From assembly GCF_006345805.1 (NCBI RefSeq), contig NC_043001.1, positions 36,270,001 through 36,334,000 on the forward strand: a DNA stretch of 64,000 nt. The letters are read 5' to 3'. Under the pieces are notes generated by a model. That model saw nothing but the letters and a program-made list of their open reading frames with translations. It made no database searches and was not told the origin of the DNA. Position 1 is the first letter of the stretch; each line of letters begins with the position of its first letter. Below, piece after piece: positions 13,696 through 27,825 of the stretch. This stretch comes from Octopus sinensis (taxonomy: Eukaryota). The translations under genes were made by a program, and so were the position numbers.

Positions 13696-14585
13696 CATGG
13701 TCTGATCAATAAATATCCGGACTGTTGCCATAGTAACGAAGCTAAATCACGCTGAAGAAAGCCGCTAGGTACAGATTGACGATGAACATTGCTGTGCATG
13801 TACACTAGGTTTTAACGTTCTAACTCAATTCTTTTGTTTACAGCAGCGCTTGGAAGGAAGGTGTGTGGCGTGAGATCGTTGCATTGACAACAACAGAAAG
13901 TTGAGCTGAGAATCTGCATCAAATTTTGTCAAAACCATGTCGATATCTGCCTGCTCAGAAGCCTATGCAAAGTTTTCAAAAGTTTTCATCGTTCTCAACA
14001 CATTCAAGGAAATCTTGTGCAACTGAAACCCAAGTGTCTTTTTGGTTACCTTGAAGTAGTTTTGGCACAAACTTGGCAGACACGCGTCTCATACCTAAAC
14101 CTTCAGTGATAATGGACTAAACTGAACCGTAACAAATCTGCACATCCTCTGACAACTCACGAATGGTGATTCGACGATTTCCTCTCACAGTTGTACGCAT
14201 ATCTGTGATGTTATTCTCAGTTCTGCTGGTTGCGGGTGTCCGAATACGTTCGTCAATATCATCATTTTTTCGGCAATCTCGGAAATGTCTGAACCACTCG
14301 TACACTTGTGTGCGGCTCATACACTCTTCTCCATACACTTTCTGCAACTTTGCGTTGGCCTCTGAGCCGGTATCGACATGAAAACTTTCTCTGCCATGGT
14401 CAATGCAACACTCACACGCAACACATCTTCATTCCAAGCACTGGTGTAAACAGCGGAAGTGAGCTGGAACGTTAAAACTTAATGCACATGCACAGCAGTA
14501 TCTAAGGTCAATCTTTGCCAAGCGGCCTTACTCTGCGTGCTTTAGCTTTGTTACTAGTGCAACAGTCCGGATACTTATATACCTC
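13696..14585. mobile_element. Non-autonomous mariner derivative with long inverted arms
   Basis: Starts TA|CATGGTCTGATCAATAAATATCCGGACTGTTGC, with inverted GCAACAGTCCGGATA at the right end. ORF 14117-14347 (QKVYGEECMSRTQVYEWF...NRRITIRELSE) is a mariner HTH N-terminus. Confidence 0.85.
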
Positions 14586-14730
14586 AGATACTCCGTATAC
14601 CAGATAGCATTTAAAACAAGGCACTTGACTGATCTGCTATTATTCAAGACGGAGAAAGAAAATCGCCAACGATACACACGCGGTCACACACACACAAACA
14701 TATATATATATATATATTATATATACATAT

Positions 14731-14930
14731 ACGAGAGGTAATGAAAAGCTTTGGGTAAAAGAAAATACAGGAAGATCAGTTGATTATGAATTTATTCAGC
14801 ATATTCCTCTCTCAAATTCACACACGTTTTGCAGAGTTTCTTCAGTTTTTCTAATCCCTAAAAGAACTCGGAATGGTATTCTTCCAATCAGACTTACGCA
14901 GTAACCTTAAAGCCAGTAAATTTTCAGCTC
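14731..14930 (-). mobile_element. Mariner 3'-end fragment; related pieces at 34229-34420 (-) and 34806-34960 (+)
   Basis: The 34.9-kb copy translates GLKKLKNRCNMCVNLRG*YV, a mariner transposase C-terminus. Confidence 0.65.
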
Positions 14931-15366
14931 GTATATTACAACAATATCTGTCTCAACTCACGAATTCACATCAAGAATCTTGCAATATATGTAAGTATAT
15001 AATAATGGCTTTTTATATAAGCCTAAAGCTTATGGCGATTCCCGCGCGTATTAGACAATTTTCCTTAATCATTGCACGGCGATCGCCATAAGCATTAGGC
15101 TTATATAAAAAAAAATCCATTATTATTATTTACAGGATTGTAAAAACGGCGCCGTATATAAAAAAAACCTTCGCACCGAAAGCATATGTGTAAACTCGAA
15201 ACATCGATGTCTGAGATTCCCGAGAGAGGGCGACACTGAACGAACGGGGTGTTTTCACTCCTTTTTACTATAAGAGATTTTTTTCCCCACGGTAACTGCA
15301 GTGTCCTTGCCTTTGCGATATGTGACAAACATTTCAACTAACCTAAATTGTGATTATATGTGTGTG

Positions 15367-15406
<40 letters not shown>

Positions 15407-15699
15407 CGTGCGCTCGCATATACATACAATACAAGGCATACATAATGGTCAATGACCTTTATTCAATCTTGCCTATAACTGGAACGCAACCGTGGATTTA
15501 CAATATAGAATGGTGATGGACTTCGATCCATGCCACAAGAATACGGGGAGTTATTTACTAATCTAAACAATAATGCTATCCTGGTGTACCAACAAAGAGC
15601 TTATAAAGTATTTTGCCCGGGTTGATAATCTCACACTAATAAAATTTTCTCTCTCTCTCTCCGTCTCTCTATTTCTCTGTTTAAATATATATATTCTTT

Positions 15700-17637
15700 T
15701 TTTTATATATGTTTCAGCTCTGAGGCTGCGGCCATGCTGAGGCACCGCCCGTGTAATCACGTCTTAATTGTCCAATTGTATGAGATTGACTTTTGGTGAA
15801 AGAGGTTGTTCGATACCGTTGCCCTCTTTTGAGTTTCCTGTCTTGATATTGATTCATCGGGGATCTTTGATAGCAAGAGGTTAAGTTGTTTCTTGAAAAC
15901 ATCTACTTCAACTCCATGGAAATCCCTCAGATATTTTGGCAAGGAGTTAAATAGATGTGGGCCTTTGAATTCCAAGCTATTGCAGTACATGGTCCTCGCC
16001 TTAAATGAGACAGCAGGGACTTTTGGAACAGTACAGTGACGTCCATTTCGAGGTCGGGTATGACTCTCAATTCCAAAGCTTAGTGCCAGACCCCCCCACC
16101 ACCCGCAGTATCTTCCCTACATATATAACTGCATACCTCTCCCGTCTTCGCTCCAGGGTGTGGATTCGTAGCTCTTTCAGTCTCTCCCCGCAGCTCAGCT
16201 GTTTCATTGATGCAATCTTCCTCGTGTAGTATCGCTGAGCCACTTCAAGTACTGCTATTAATCCTACGGTGAAAGGGTGACCACATTTGAGAGCAGTAGT
16301 CCAGATGGCTGAGGACAAATGTATTCCATAGGATCAGCATAGTTTCCTGGTCCCTTCTTCTGAAGGTTCCCAGAATCCACCCGGTCATTCGCCTGCACAC
16401 TGCCACCATCTTGGTGACATGCATGTGAAATAAGGCACCGATGCTTATATCAATCCCAAGATCACTCACCGTATGTGTTTCTAGGATCGCCGCTCTTTTT
16501 GGCCCAAAGTATCGTTATTCTGAATTCTGAGCACCAATTAGCTGATAGCGGAGGGCTTAGAGTTTGCCTGCATTAAATTGCATGTTGCCCTCAGCTCATT
16601 TCTGTAGAAGATTTGCATCAGAAGGTTCTTTGACTGCTTGTAACTAATTTTGTGTCGTCGGCATAATAAGTGTAGCTATTTGTGTAACATATAGCATGTC
16701 TGAAAGCACCACCATGAATAGCAGTGGCTCCAATACAGTTTCCTGAGGTACTCCACTTTCTATTAATATCTCCGTGGATAGGTTTCCGTTGGCTGCTACA
16801 GCCTGGCTTCTGTCTTTTAAGAAGTCATGCAACATCTCTCCGATTTTTCCAGTTATACCGAGTCGCCGTAGGTTGTGACATATCAACCCATGATCAACCT
16901 TATCAAAGGCCTTTGCAAAGTTGAGATAATCACATCTACATTTGAGCGATTCATTAATTGTTTCAACACCCAGTCATAGTATTACAAAAGCTGTGTAAGG
17001 CAGCTTGCCTGAGCGAAAGCCATGCTGGGTGTCAGGAAGCAAATCATTATTATCATGGAACGCGATTAGATTCTTCCTGACAATGCGCTCCATGACTTTG
17101 CTGACATGAGAAGGCAGCATCTTCTCTGCTACCTTGTGAATAGGGCATATAATACCTTCCTTTAACTTTTTGGGAAGTCTCCCTGTTGAGAATCCGAAGA
17201 GAATCCGAAGTGGTTCTTGCTAGAGCCCCTTGGCATTTCATTAGGAGGATTGCTGAGAATCCATTAGGGCTTGTTGCTGGGTTTGAGCTCATCTCGTCAA
17301 TGGCTGATATCACATCAGTTTCCTTTATGTTGGTGCTGTCAATAATCACCATTTTGTTGTGTAGATCTGTGGAGCTAAAGAATTCATCAGGCATAGCTAC
17401 TTGCAAGTGTCCCAGTGGAGAGGTGAAAGAATTCCTGTATTGCACATTCAGAATTTCACTGATCCTCTGGGGGTCAGCAGTCGGTGAGCCATTTTCTTCG
17501 AGTAGTGGCCCTATTTTGTACCGTACTGAAGAAGATTCTTTTGCATATCTATAGAAGGCTTTAGGGTTTGTCTTAATATTTTTGACATCCCTTGCCTCCT
17601 TTTCTGCCCTCTCTTTTTCATGGGAGCATTTGAGTTC
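15700..17637 (-). mobile_element. 5'-truncated CR1-like LINE, reverse transcriptase pseudogene
   Basis: Fragments NIKTNPKAFYRYAK, SGVPQETVLEPLLF (then TATGCCGACGACACA = YADDT), VLSHLDYCSQMWSP and RLKELRIHTLERRRERY. Multiple frameshifts. Confidence 0.9.
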
Positions 17638-17655
17638 ATATATAAATATATATAA

Positions 17656-17723
<68 letters not shown>

Positions 17724-18067
17724 TACGTTCATATACATAAATGCATACGCACACATATATAGTGGAATGAACATATTAAATAGAACTTGATCTCTGAGTG
17801 TATGTATATTTTTTTTATCTTTAATCGGCAGAAAGTTAGCAAAGCGTTTCAAAGGACAACAATTTCGTACACGTCTTGTATTTGATGACTGCCATAACAT
17901 ACGTGTATTTATGTGTGAGTATGCACACACATATAAACATATATACACACACACTCATGCACACATTCACACACGCTCACACACACACACACCCCACACA
18001 CACACCACCACACACCCCACAACACACACACACAACACACATATATTATATATATATTGTATGTATG

Positions 18068-18104
<37 letters not shown>

Positions 18105-18679
18105 CACACAGAGAGAAAGGGAGAAGACAAACAGACAGACAGATAAGAGACGGACAGACATGAAACTGTGAATTTGAGTGTGTGTACAGACGCGCGTAGC
18201 AGAATAGGAATTAAGAAGAAAAGGAGAAAATATATCAAAATTGGCGACAAACATTTAGACATGAAACAGACGAAGGGAAGAGAAAAGAGAATAAGAATTC
18301 TTGAAAGAAGGGTTGACGGAACAGAGAGTGACGGGGGTTAAAAGATTGGGAGTAACATACAGAAAGTCCAGCAACTGGACAGGCCACAGACGGGTACAGG
18401 CGGAGGTAAAGGGGCAGACAAAGACACAACTAGTATCAAATTTGTCTGGTTTCCATCAAAAGTTACAAGGGTGTAGATATGGCGGCGCGAAGCTGATAAT
18501 GAAAGCAAGACACCGGAAATGTCATTTGATTGGTTAAGGTCAGATATTGGCGTAGACGTTCGTTCCTCCTCTGAAATTAGAAATGGTCACATACTAACAT
18601 ATACACATACTAACATATATACATACTAACATATTCACATACAAACACAAGGAAGCACAGACAGAAACGGACACAACCC

Positions 18680-18737
<58 letters not shown>

Positions 18738-19182
18738 GCACACACACACACACACGTGCATGCACACATGCACGCACGCACGCTCATAGACATGCAAACA
18801 GAATTTCATGATCCTCTGGCACTAAAACGATGGAAAAAAAAACAGCCCTAGTCTGATACCACACATTTTCTGTCCTTTCTAAGCGGCATTTAGACATTTT
18901 TGAAGAATTTATTTCTTTGTTCGTGGACTCCCTTTTATTTTCTTCTCTTTCGCTTTCATGTACACACACACAGCCATACGCACACTTAACCACAGACACA
19001 AGCAATTTTCTTTTTGTTTTTCTGTCTCTAAATCTGCTCTTCCCTCATCCTCCCGCATTATCTCGATGTTGATGTCATATAAAAACATTCAACAGACACG
19101 TGACCTTGTGATACTCCAAAATTCTTGACCAATTGAACATTGTTTCGACTTGCCATAGTTCCTATTAGTAAACATACAAACA

Positions 19183-19570
19183 CAGGAGTGGCTGTGTGGT
19201 AAGTAGCTTGCTTACCAACCACATGGTTCCGGGTTCAGTCCCACTGCGTGGCATCTTGGGCAAGTGTCTTCTGCTATAGCCCCGGGCCGACGAATGCCTT
19301 GTGAGTGGATTTGGTAGACTGAAACTGAAAGAAGCCTGTCGTATATATGTATATATATATATGTGTGTGTATGTGTTTGTCCCCCTAGCATTGCTTGACA
19401 ACCGATGCTGATGTGTTTACGTCCCCGTCACTTAGCGGTTCGGCAAAAGAGACCGATAGAATAAGTACTGGGCTTACAAAGAATAAGTCCTGGGGTCGAT
19501 TTGCTCGACTAAAAGGCGGTGCTCCAGCATGGCCGCAGTCAAATGACTGACAAGTAAAAGAGTAAAAGAG
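19183..19570 (+). mobile_element. SINE family A, full length
   Basis: CAGGAGTGGCTGTGTGGTAAG (A box)...GGGTTCAGTCCC (B box), internal TA/TG tract, tail AAAAGAG. Confidence 0.9.
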
Positions 19571-19594
19571 AGAAAGAGAGTACATACTGCAGTT

Positions 19595-19972
19595 AGAACC
19601 CCAAGACTTCTTAAGACTAAGATTGGGATATGCAAAACACTGCCTAAATACCAATCTTGGGGAATTAGGCTTTTCAAAACCAGAAAGGAGAAGCTAATTC
19701 GAAGGCTACTGATCCAATCCATCACTGGAACTGTAGAAATCTGTAAAACTTTCCAGAAGTTTATCATTTAAATAGTTATGAACATGTTTAGATATGCAAC
19801 TATATGCATAGAATACATACATAAAACAAACCATACAAATCTGCACGTATACATACATACAAATAAAAATACCCTATTGCTGATGTAGAAATTCCAACGA
19901 AGGAGCCTTGGATCTAGGTTAGAAACCGGTTCTTTCTCTATTGGCAAGAAATCTTGAAATAAAACTGAATAA
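19595..19972 (+). mobile_element. 3' end of a non-LTR retrotransposon ending in (TACA)n
   Basis: Translates ...LIRRLLIQSITGTVEICKTFQKFII*, then a UTR with AATAAA running into TACA repeats. Similar to 27475-27697. Confidence 0.55.
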
Positions 19973-20166
19973 TTACATACATACATACATACGCACACAA
20001 ATACACGCGCATATTTATCTATATACAGATGCGTACGTATTTAGTAAAGCATGCGCACACGGAAACATGCACATACAAACACACACACACACACACACAC
20101 ACACAAAACACACACATATGCATATATAAGAATGCATTATATGTTTATTATATATTTTAAACCTAT

Positions 20167-20560
20167 AGGCTCAGGCGTGGCTATGTGGTAAGGAGCTTGC
20201 TTCCCAACCACATAGTTCCGAGTTCAGTCTCACTGCGTGACACCTCGAGCAAGTGCCTTCTGGCATAGCCTCGGGCCGACCAGAGCCTTGTTAGTGAATT
20301 TGGTGGAGAGAAACTGAGAAAAGCCCGTCGTATATCGATATACGTATATTCTTTAACATGTTTCAGTTATTTGACTGCTGCCATGTTGGAGTACCACCTT
20401 TAGTCGAGGAAATCGACCCCAAGACTTATTGTTTGTCAGCCTAGTACTTATTCTATCAGTTTCTTTTGCCGAACCGCTAGGTTACGGGGACGTAAGAACC
20501 AACATAGGTTGTCAGCGATGTTGGGAGGACAAACACAGACCCAAATAATAAACACACACA
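20167..20560. mobile_element. SINE family A halves: 5' half on +, 3' half on -
   Basis: Sequence match to family A. Confidence 0.8.
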
Positions 20561-20602
20561 TACATACATACATACATACATACAACATACATACATACAT
20601 AC

Positions 20603-21040
<438 letters not shown>

Positions 21041-21140
21041 TTATATATATATATATATATATATCGTATATATATATTATTTATATTATTATATGATCGA
21101 ACGCCACGCCTCCTTTTCCAAGTAAGTTTTATCTTATATA

Positions 21141-21175
<35 letters not shown>

Positions 21176-21177
<2 letters not shown>

Positions 21178-21690
21178 CGACGGATTCTTTCAGTTTCCGT
21201 CAACCAAATCCACTCACAAGGTTTTGGTCGGACCGAGGCTATAGTAGAAGGCACTCCCCAGGAGCCACGCAGTGGGACTAAACCCGGAACCATGTGGTTG
21301 GGAAGCAAGCTTCTTACCACTCAGCCACTTCTGCGCCTATGTTTATGTGTGTGTGATTTTGTGTCTCTGTTTGTCCCACACCATCTCTTGACAACAAATG
21401 TTAGTGCCTTTACGTGCCCGTAACTTAGCGGTTCGGCAAAAGACGACGATAGAATAAGTACTAGGCTTGCAAAGATTAAATCCAGGGTGTGATTTCTTCG
21501 ACTAAAACCCCTCAAGGAAGTGCTCCAGCATGGCCGCGGTCAATTAACTGAAACAAATAAATGAAGAAAAGAATAAAAGAACATATATATACATACATAC
21601 AGTGGCAGGTGTAACTGCGTGGTAAGAAATTTGCTTCGCAACCACCTGGCTCCGGGTTCAATCCCACTGTGTAGCACCTTGGGCAAGTAC
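21176..21690. mobile_element. SINE family A fragments in mixed orientation
   Basis: Sequence match. Confidence 0.8.
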
Positions 21691-22489
21691 CTTTTAATAT
21701 TGCGTTGGCCGCTGGTCATGAGTGAGCAAGAAGAGAGTGAAGGAGGAAGAGTGAAGGATTATTTATATTATTATGTGATCGAACGCCACGCATACACTTG
21801 CAAGTAAGTTTCATCTTAATTATTCCGATGCGACGCTATACTATTACTATCACTTCTTCTCATTCTTTTCTCTTTTTTCTCCCCCACTCTTTCTCTAATT
21901 CTTCTCCGCTCCCTTTCACCGTTCTCTATCTGTCCCTCTCTCTCCCTCACTCTTCTTCCTTGACTCTGTCGTTGCTCACACGTGTCCAGCAGCCATCTTT
22001 CTTTTAACTCGAATGTCTTCCTTTCTTCTCCTTAAGCTACAAGAGATAGCACGCATTTCCGTCTGTCTACTGTCAAAGATTCTTTCTCCAGCGTTCACCA
22101 TTTCACCTCGTTATGATTTAACAACCCTTTCCGTTGGTTTTAACTGTCCTGTTTTTGTTAGCAACATTAATCCACCGCAAATCCCAAATTTTATTTAATT
22201 TGCTTTGCGGGAATGACTGTTTTGATGAAGACGCATCTTGTCCTAACGTTCCAAATGCGAAGTAGATTAAACAGTGGACAACTGATGAAGGGATTGTTCT
22301 TTATGTTGCTGCCTCGCTTTTCTATTTGTTTCTTTTTTTGTTCGCAAAAAAGTTTCTTTTCCATGTTTTTGTGCTTCATGTTCTCGTTTTCATATTGTTC
22401 ATGTTGTCTGACGTCACGCACCCATATATCCTTATATGCATATGTATATACATATCTAAATAAATATGTACATATATGTATGTATGTAC

Positions 22490-22524
<35 letters not shown>

Positions 22525-22552
22525 CGAACGCTACGCATCCACTTCCAAGCAA

Positions 22553-22592
<40 letters not shown>

Positions 22593-22692
22593 CATATAAA
22601 TATATGAACACAATTGCAGCGTGGAAGGTGTTTATAAGCCATTTAAGAAACACACAAAAACCGTTAGATTCATTTCAACATTTAAATTTAAT

Positions 22693-22741
22693 TTGCCAAA
22701 ATATTTTCGTCGCTTTGAGACCACGACTTCTTCACTGACAA
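22693..22741 (-). ncRNA. Hammerhead-like fold, G3 core variant
   Basis: TTGTCA GTGAAGA A GTCG...CGAC GAAA ATAT TT TGGCAA. 6-bp stem I and palindromic stem III. Confidence 0.55.
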
Positions 22742-22836
22742 AATTCCGTGCAGTACGTAACAAGACTTCGACAGATATTATTAATAACATCGGAAAATAC
22801 CTTAGGAATAAGAACCCATGTTCGAAATTCCCCTAG

Positions 22837-22882
22837 AATACTTGATGAAGGTTGGAGAGTACATCAGCCGAAACGCTGTGTT
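22837..22882 (+). ncRNA. Degenerate minimal hammerhead
   Basis: AATAC TTGATGA A GGTTGG-AGAGTACA-TCAGCC GAAA CG CT GTGTT. C3 and U16.1 are mutated. Confidence 0.5.
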
Positions 22883-23173
22883 AATAACAAACAAGATGAG
22901 GGCAAATATCCGTCAAATGTAAATATATATGATCGTATGTATGCATGCAGATATATATACACACACATATATATGTATATATATATACATATATACACGC
23001 ATATATACATATATATATATATAACGGGAAGCTTTATGAAAATAAACAAAAGACGAAGGCAGGTGGAATACAAACAAACAATTGTATTAGTATGGCGCTC
23101 AGGAATATAAATAAAACAGTCTTTTACGTTTCGAGCCTATACATATATATATATATATATAATATATATATAT

Positions 23174-23205
<32 letters not shown>

Positions 23206-23789
23206 GTGTGTGTGTGTGTGTGTGGTTGTGAGTGTCTGTGTATACATAGATACATACCTACATACATAGTTATATTTAATATGTATATGATGTATATGTA
23301 CATATACATACCTATAATAATGTCTATCTGTCGAAGTCTTATGAAAATGTAAGCATGAGAAAGATACGCGCAAAGTTCAGCAATAGAAAGGATCACAGTT
23401 TCCACTATGAGAAATTACAATTAATTTTGATTCAATCAGAACCACACATGCTCTGCCAGTTAACCTAATTACATATCAGTCACTATCCAGAATCAATCAT
23501 TTAGAGATGTTATTATTGAAATTATTGAACCGTAAGTTATTGAATGTTACTTATCACAAAGTATACGAATTAATTAATCATATATAAGTCATTAATCTTT
23601 TAGTCTTCTTCTATAGCTGTCTGCCTAAGAAAGCATGTATGGTTCCTTTAGTTGTAGGACATGTATCTTTTTTCAGAAGGTTTATTTAATAACTTCCAAA
23701 TTTATTTTAGATGTGTTACGTAATTTTTCTCTTTCCTGTCTATCTCCACTTCATCAATTTCTCTCTGTGTCTCTCTATATATTTATATG

Positions 23790-24017
23790 TATATTTCTTT
23801 ACTACCCAGAAAAAGCTAAACATAGAGGGGACAGACAAGGACAGACAAAGGGATTAAGTCGATTACATCGACCCCGGTGCGAAACTGGTACTTAATTTAT
23901 CGACCCGAAAGGATGATAGGCAAAGTCGACCTCGGCGGAATTTGAACTCAGAAAGTAACGACAGACGAAATACTGCTAATCATTTCGCCCGGCGCGCTAA
24001 CGTTTCTGCCAGCTCGC
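23790..24017 (-). mobile_element. SINE family B
   Basis: Reverse complement of 13241-13470. Confidence 0.85.
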
Positions 24018-24519
24018 ATATATATATTTATATATATATTTATATATAGGGAGAGACAAATATCTGTGAACGTGCATCAGATATTCTCACGTAGAGGAAA
24101 CACGGTCATTCATATTCTTCACGCTCTCAAAGGCACGCATACAACTGTTACGTAAATGACATTTTGTGCAATCAACACTAAGATGATTATATGCTGTCCA
24201 CAAATTATATAACCATTCGTGCGTCATTCTCTGTCTCTTTCTCTCTCCTTCTATTTCTTCGATCTAGTTGCAAGTCTTACCCCTATTTTTCATTCTTTTG
24301 TCCAATTACTTCTCTTAACTATGGAGCCTATACGCGGTCGCTTGATTGGGTAAAAATAACAATCACTTCTCTCTTAAATCACTCCCTACCGCAATAGAAG
24401 ACAGTTTCGATAATGTTACCGTGGGTGCACTCTAGTTAGGAGAATGAAGTGACGGGTATGGAGGGAATGCCTTAAATCAAAGGTTTGCTCTATCAAGGCT
24501 GAGTTGGAGTTCTCTTTTA

Positions 24520-25085
24520 CGCTTTTACTCTGTTATTTGTTTCAGTCATTTGACTGTGGCCATGCTGGAGCACCGCCTTTAGGCGAGTAAATTGACCCCA
24601 GGACTTATTGTTTGTAAGCCTAGTACTTATTCTATCGGTCTCTTTTGCCGAACAAAGCCTAGTGAGTGGATTTGGTAGACGGAAACTAAAAGAAGCCCGT
24701 CGGCTTTGTGGTAAGTAACTTGCTTACCAACCACATGGTTCAGGGTTCAGTCCCACTGCGTGGCACCTTGGGCAAGTGTCTTCTACTATAGCCTCGGGCC
24801 GACCAAAGCATTCTGAGTGGATTTGGTAGACGGAAACTGAAAGAAGCCCATCGTATATATGTATATATATATTTGTGTGTGTGTATATAAGTTTGTGTGT
24901 CTGTGTTTGCCCACCCCCAACATCGCTTGCCAACCGCCGCTGGTGTGTTTACGTTCCCGTAACTAGAATAAGTACTAGGCTTACAAAGAATAAGTCTTGG
25001 GGACGATTTGCTCGACTAAAGGCAGTGCTCCAGCATGGCCACAGTCAAATGACTGAAACCAGTAAAAGAGTAACAGAGTAACAGA
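24520..25085. mobile_element. SINE family A cluster: - 3' half, + fragment, + copy
   Basis: Sequence match. Confidence 0.85.
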
Positions 25086-25692
25086 GATAATGGATGAAGC
25101 ATAGACAAATGCATAATTGAATACTGTTAGCTTGGTTATCATAAACTTCCTCATCAATATGGTTATTAATTAATTTATCTTTAGTTTTACTAAATATAGT
25201 TTCAAAACTTGTTATTTGTCAGTCTCTTAAAAGTGCAGCCATCACCAACGGCAATTTCAGGAAGCTTTATAAGAGGAAATCTACGGGATAGCTTTCTCCC
25301 TTAGGAAGAGTATTTCTGTTAGTTATTCACATATCCCACTGACAAAACAGCCACCACAATGAATAAAAAATACTAAAAGCGTTTAAATTTATACACGAGT
25401 AGTACATTGTAGATTACAAAACACATCATTATTGCTTGTTTGATTTTAATTAGCCAACGAGTTGACAGCATCGTTAGCACACCGGGCAAAAAAAAAAAAA
25501 TTAAAGATTCGTCCGTCTTTATATTCTGAGTTCAAATTCCGCAGGGAAGGTGCTAGTCGATTACATTGACCCCCAGTGGTTAAGTGGTACTGAATATATC
25601 GACCCCAAGAGGATAAAATGCAAAGACGACCTTGTGGAAATTGAACTCATAACATAAAGACGGACGAAATGCCGTAATGCTCGCCACCTTAT

Positions 25693-25730
<38 letters not shown>

Positions 25731-25734
25731 ACAT

Positions 25735-26137
25735 GAATGTATGTATGTATGTATGTATGTATGTATGTAGGTTTGTATGAATGTAGGTAGGTAGGTAGGT
25801 ATGTATGTATGTGTATGTATGTATGTATGCATGTATGTATGTATGCATGTATGCATGTATGTATGTATGTATGCATGTATGCATGTATGTATGTATGTAT
25901 GTATGCATGTATGCATGTCTGTATATATGTATGCATGCATGCATGCATGCATGTATGTATGTATGTATGCATGCATGTATGTATTTATGTATGTATGTAT
26001 GTATGTATGCATGTATGTATGTATATATGTATGTATGCATGTATGCATGCATGTATGTATTTATGTATGTATGTATGCATGTATGTATGTATGTATGCAT
26101 GCATGTATGTATGTATGTATGCATGCATGTATGTATG

Positions 26138-26171
<34 letters not shown>

Positions 26172-26205
26172 TGCATGCATGTATGTATGTATGTATGTTT
26201 GTATG
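25735..26205. repeat. (ATGT/ATGC)n tetranucleotide array; another at 27030-27470
   Basis: Directly visible. Confidence 0.95.
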
Positions 26206-26328
26206 AGTGGATGGAGGTAGGCGTGGCTGTGTGGTTAGTAGTTTGCCTTCCGAACACGTAGTTCCTGGTTAAGTCTCGCTGCCTAACATCTTGAGTGAGT
26301 GAATCTGGTAAATGGAACTGAAAGAAAC

Positions 26329-26403
<75 letters not shown>

Positions 26404-27474
26404 GTAGTTATTTTAGATACATTTGAAGATTGTAAGATATACTTATTTAAAATATTTTTCTTCGTGTTTAAACTGTATGTATACTGTTAGACATTAGTAT
26501 CAACTCGCTTAATTACATGTCTTTTTGTTTCATAACACTGTTTATTTGTCTCCCTCACTCTGAGTGAGTGCGTATTCTGTGTGCTTGCCTCTCTGTGATC
26601 ATATACATAGATAGAATTTATGCATAGTTCAAGAATTTTCCTAATAAAAGCAGGGATTATCTTCTCTTAAATAAATATCTTCTCGAAACAGAGACATAAT
26701 CTCGTCAACATGAACAATTTTGTACAAGTGTATGACGTATGTAACATCTGTTTTCGTGACCCTTGCACTGTTCAGCTAACTTTCAAAGTGAAATGGTATC
26801 TAGGTATTTAGGTATTTGAAATTTGTTTGTAGGTAGGCTTATATTTTTGACTGATTAGAGTTGGTTTCATAGTATTTTTGATTTTCTTTTTTTTAGTTTG
26901 CTGAGCAGATTTTCCATTTGATGGTTAAGGAAAAGGCAAGATAAAATTGGTTGAAGACAAATTCATATCTTCTTTGTTGATCAGAAACAGAGCAAACCTT
27001 TATTGCATGTTCTCCCTTCTGTGTGTCTATGTATGTATGTATGTATGTATGTATGTATGTAGTATGTATGTATGTATGTATGTATGTATGTATGTATGTA
27101 TTTATGTATGTATGCATGTATGTATGTATGTATGTATGTATATATGTATGTATGTATGTATGTATGAATATATGTATGTATGCATGCATGTATGTATATA
27201 TGTATGTATGTATGTATGTGTGTATGTATGTATGCATGCATGCATGCATGTATGTATGTATGTATGTATGCGTGTATGTATGTATGTATGTATGTATGTA
27301 TGCATGCATGTATGTATGTATGTATGTATGCATGCATGCATGCATGTATGTATGTATGTATGTATGTATGTATGTATGCGTGTATGTATGTATGTATGCA
27401 TGTATGTATGTATGTATGTATGCATGTATGTATGTATTTATGTGTGCATGTATGTATGTATGTATGTGTGTACT

Positions 27475-27697
27475 TTATCTTTCTATTTTTAATTTAGAAT
27501 TAATTTTGACCGGCCACCTGCTTGGTAGCAAGGTTGTGAAGGAAAGAATTTTGTTTTGTTTATCATCATTTAAATCTTAAGATGGTGTTGCAGATTTTTA
27601 TAGTCCCAGATATCGTCATCATTTGTAGTGTATTAATTAAAAATTTGCTTTCTCTCCCCACGAACTCAAGTTCACCGATACTTTGCTCCACATAGAT
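27475..27697 (-). mobile_element. Non-LTR retrotransposon 3' fragment embedded in (TACA)n
   Basis: YVEQSIGELEFVGRESKFLINTLQMMTISGTIKICNTILRFK* resembles the 19.6-kb fragment. TATG repeats on both sides. Confidence 0.5.
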
Positions 27698-27742
27698 ATG
27701 TATGTATGTATGTATGTATGTATGTGTATGTATGTATGTATG

Positions 27743-27774
<32 letters not shown>

Positions 27775-27794
27775 AATTTATGTATGTATATATG

Positions 27795-27825
<31 letters not shown>

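Noticed and set aside
22205-22255. TTGATGAAGAC...GTCCTAACGTT
   Set aside because: Lacks GAAA and a clear stem I; at best a dead remnant.
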